64,000 bases of DNA from Takakia lepidozioides (lineage: Eukaryota > Plantae > Bryophyta), in contig CM060734.1 in NCBI GenBank assembly GCA_030704615.1, positions 22,320,001 to 22,384,000 on the forward strand, in the 5' to 3' direction. The position numbers and the translations under genes were made by a program. Positions 61,701-64,000 of the stretch are shown here, piece after piece. The notes under the pieces are model-generated. The model was given only the letters and a program-made list of their open reading frames with translations. It made no database searches and was not told where the DNA came from. The number at the start of each line of letters is the position of its first letter. Position 1 is the first letter of the stretch.

Positions 61701-63942
61701 CAATGGCATCCCGCGCATCTCGTTGGATGCCCGTGGTACCTGGACATGTCTGGCGGTATTGTTGACGAGTCTGAGAAAGATCTGCACGCCTTGGCAGAAG
61801 AGAAGAGAAAGGAAAGACGTGTCCCTGCTGGGCCAAAGTCGGCAAAGGAATCTGCTGCTCTGGAAGAATCCAGAAAGGCAGCTGAGATGGCACAAAAGAC
61901 GGTGGATGCAGCTGTGCAGGCCCAACAGAAGGGGTCGAAGAAGAGGACTCGCCAGCAAGGAGCAGCTGTTGTGACACCCGCCAAAACGAAGAAGCAGAAA
62001 CAGCCTGTTCAGGAAGAGGGTGAGGAAGAGGACTCCGATGGAGACTTTGCAACCAGCCCACCCCCCCAAACGCAGGCTGCCTCCCCTGTGCCCACCGTTG
62101 TCACGAGAGGCACGAGAACTGGCTCGGCAAAGAAGGCACTCTTCAACCCCCCAGGGGGGCACCCTTTCGAGCCGGTGGAAATGAAGAGGCCGAAAGTGGC
62201 TCCCGAAACAGTAGTCCAGTGTGTAAATGAGAGTTTCTTGGCGGCTTTGGATGGACGGGCAGCCAAGTTGGCATACATGAAGACCATGGAGGGTCTGAAG
62301 GGCAGAGCACTGAAGAAGGCGACTGCCGAAGAGCCTTCCGACACCCCAGGATTTCAGAATATGGTCTCGTTCTTTGAGAGGGTGTGTGCAGACAAGGATT
62401 GTAGGAGGGGCGGAAATGCCACCGAGTGGTCTTGCGATATGATCATCTTGGATATTCCGGACGGAGAGCCTGTGGAAGGACTGCAAGCTTTGCCATCTTG
62501 GAACAGGTACTCGGAGGACTTTTGGAAGAAAGGATTCGGGCTTGCCCGCATGGTGTTGGACGACAGAGGCTGTGTGGTTGTCCTGGCGAGCAGAGGAAAA
62601 AACACTCAGACAGGAATTGCGAAGTGGACCCGCAAGAGCGCCGTCCCGATTCTGAAAAAGAAGTGGACGTGCATCAACACACTGGGCCTTCGGTCGGAAG
62701 GGAAGAAGGTGATTACGACACTGGCACTCGTCCATTCATTTGCTTGGGTGTTTTCAAATGCGGTGCCGCATTCGGTTTCTAATCGTTTTCCCCCTGTGTA
62801 TGCAGACGAAGCAGTTCGATGCATACTGCTTTGTGAAGGAGAACTCCACCTTTGCTTTCCGGAAGGAGGGAGGAAAGGTTGACCCGAACTGCGACCCACT
62901 CGATTACGACGTTCTGTTCAACAACGTTCCCAAGGAACTTCTCCCTCATAGCCTCACTTCAACGGAACCCCTGCGGTACTCACGGACTCGGAGCCCTGCC
63001 TTCATTCAGACAATTATGGAGACATGCACAGACGTGGAGGGCACAGTGCTCGACCTCATCTGTGGGACAGGTATGCAGAATCTTGATCTATGCTGTTCTG
63101 CAAATTCTCGTTAGGATGTAGTTCGCAACATCTGAAGCGCCATGTGGTAATGTGTGGATGGCATTGTAACAGGTGCCTCAATGTGGGCTGGGCGGTTTTC
63201 CGACCGGCACCTCTTTGCCTACGAGGAGGATTCATCCGTGTGGGGATCCCATCTGGAAGGGCTGCAACGGAATGTTAAGGCTCCCGACAGAGCGGAAGTC
63301 TCCTCGGATTCGTCGGAGTCCGAGGAAGACACAGTGGACATTGATGCGGAGGAGAACCCGGAATACGAGTGAGTGCAAACATTGTAAGTTTGCAAAGCCT
63401 TCTGGGTCATTTATGTCAAACGAATTTCCCGACTGTGGTTCTCATTAGTCTCGTTGATGATTGTCATGTGCAGGATTGCAGGGTCCGGGTCGAAACATGT
63501 AGGGCCTACACTTCCTGCCAGGAAGAATGTCCCGTTCTTTGCGAGGGCCGACTTCATGACGAGCCCGGTGAGGGACTACTCCCTTCCTAGTTATGCAGCT
63601 AAACTCGCAAATACAGCGATTAGAAGAAGTGAGAATCCCAGTAAAGTAGAGCAGATTTTGGAGAGGGCTAGGGAGGACAGAAGGATAAGGAAAGAGTTGG
63701 CAGCAGCTCAGACAGGTAGACGGGTACGAAAGTACATATGTGATTCAGCGGATGAGAGCGACGCAGACAGGGAGGAAGACGACCCAACGGAGGTGAGATG
63801 GACAGTTCCGCAAGGGGAAGATGGGATTTTCGAAAGCCTGGCCAACGAGCAGTCCGCTGGAGATGAGAAAGGCACTGAGGGGGTGGAGGCGGAGCAGGAC
63901 AGTCTAGAACAGGATGAGGATTCGGATGATTTTCAAGATTAA
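58731..63942 (+). CDS. Apparently intact 10-exon gene (~1,440 aa): disordered N-terminus, ParB/Srx-like domain, helical region, beta-class N6A/N4C DNA methyltransferase-like domain, acidic tail
   Basis: Hand-built exons 58731-58901, 58990(or 59005)-60254, 60367-60556, 60657-60941, 60995-61141, 61225-61442, 61589-62708, 62806-63070, 63173-63368, 63474-63942; all nine introns GT-AG and phase-compatible; motifs WDGNHRLLAW, CDMIILDIPDG, VLDDRG, VLDLICGTGASMWAG..RHLFAYEED. Confidence 0.85.
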
Positions 63943-64000
63943 TAGAATTTTAATGAAGTCTCTGTAAATGTAAATTCTCTTCCAGAGTATATAAAGGAAA

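Larger units (their letters stand above)
53075..64000. mobile_element. Mutator-like element, subfamily B (left end truncated, right end outside the window)
   Basis: Transposase on minus, palindrome array, then accessory gene on plus; same layout as subfamily A. Confidence 0.85.

Noticed and set aside
58731-63942. Bacterial or phage contamination, or a restriction-modification system
   Set aside because: Nine spliceosomal introns, location inside a TIR element family nested in plant retrotransposons, and no nuclease or ParA partner seen.

Overview
Eukaryotic, transposon-only window with no intact host gene. It is probably from a seedless land plant, inferred from a PLS-type PPR fragment, TTTAGGG-like filler, GT-AG introns and Ty3/gypsy elements. 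Contents: (i) a decayed Ty3/gypsy retrotransposon (4.7-19.0 kb, minus) carrying a solo LTR and a 6.1-kb TIR element; (ii) a 14.1-kb Sola2-like DNA transposon (20237-34354; 29-bp TIR, TACT TSD) with a RING-finger accessory gene; (iii) part of a second Ty3 with a 682-aa extra ORF; (iv) four copies from three subfamilies (A1, A2, B, C) of a large Mutator-like element. The Mutator-like family is the main finding. A GCM/WRKY-like + DDE + SWIM transposase lies head-to-head with a 10-exon, ~1,440-aa gene combining a ParB/Srx-like domain (DGNHR) with a beta-class amino-methyltransferase-like domain (DIPDG ... VLDLxCGTG). Between the two genes, and in introns, are arrays of subfamily-specific palindromes spaced ~53 bp apart: A GGAAATTCGGCGCCGAATTTCC, B GGAAATGCGGCGCCGCATTTCC. 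Subfamily C has GCGACCGCCAATTTGGCGGTCGC. This resembles a transposon-borne protein plus cognate-site system (ParB/parS-like or VANC-like anti-silencing), but the function is inference only. All domain calls were made by eye from motifs; no database search was run.
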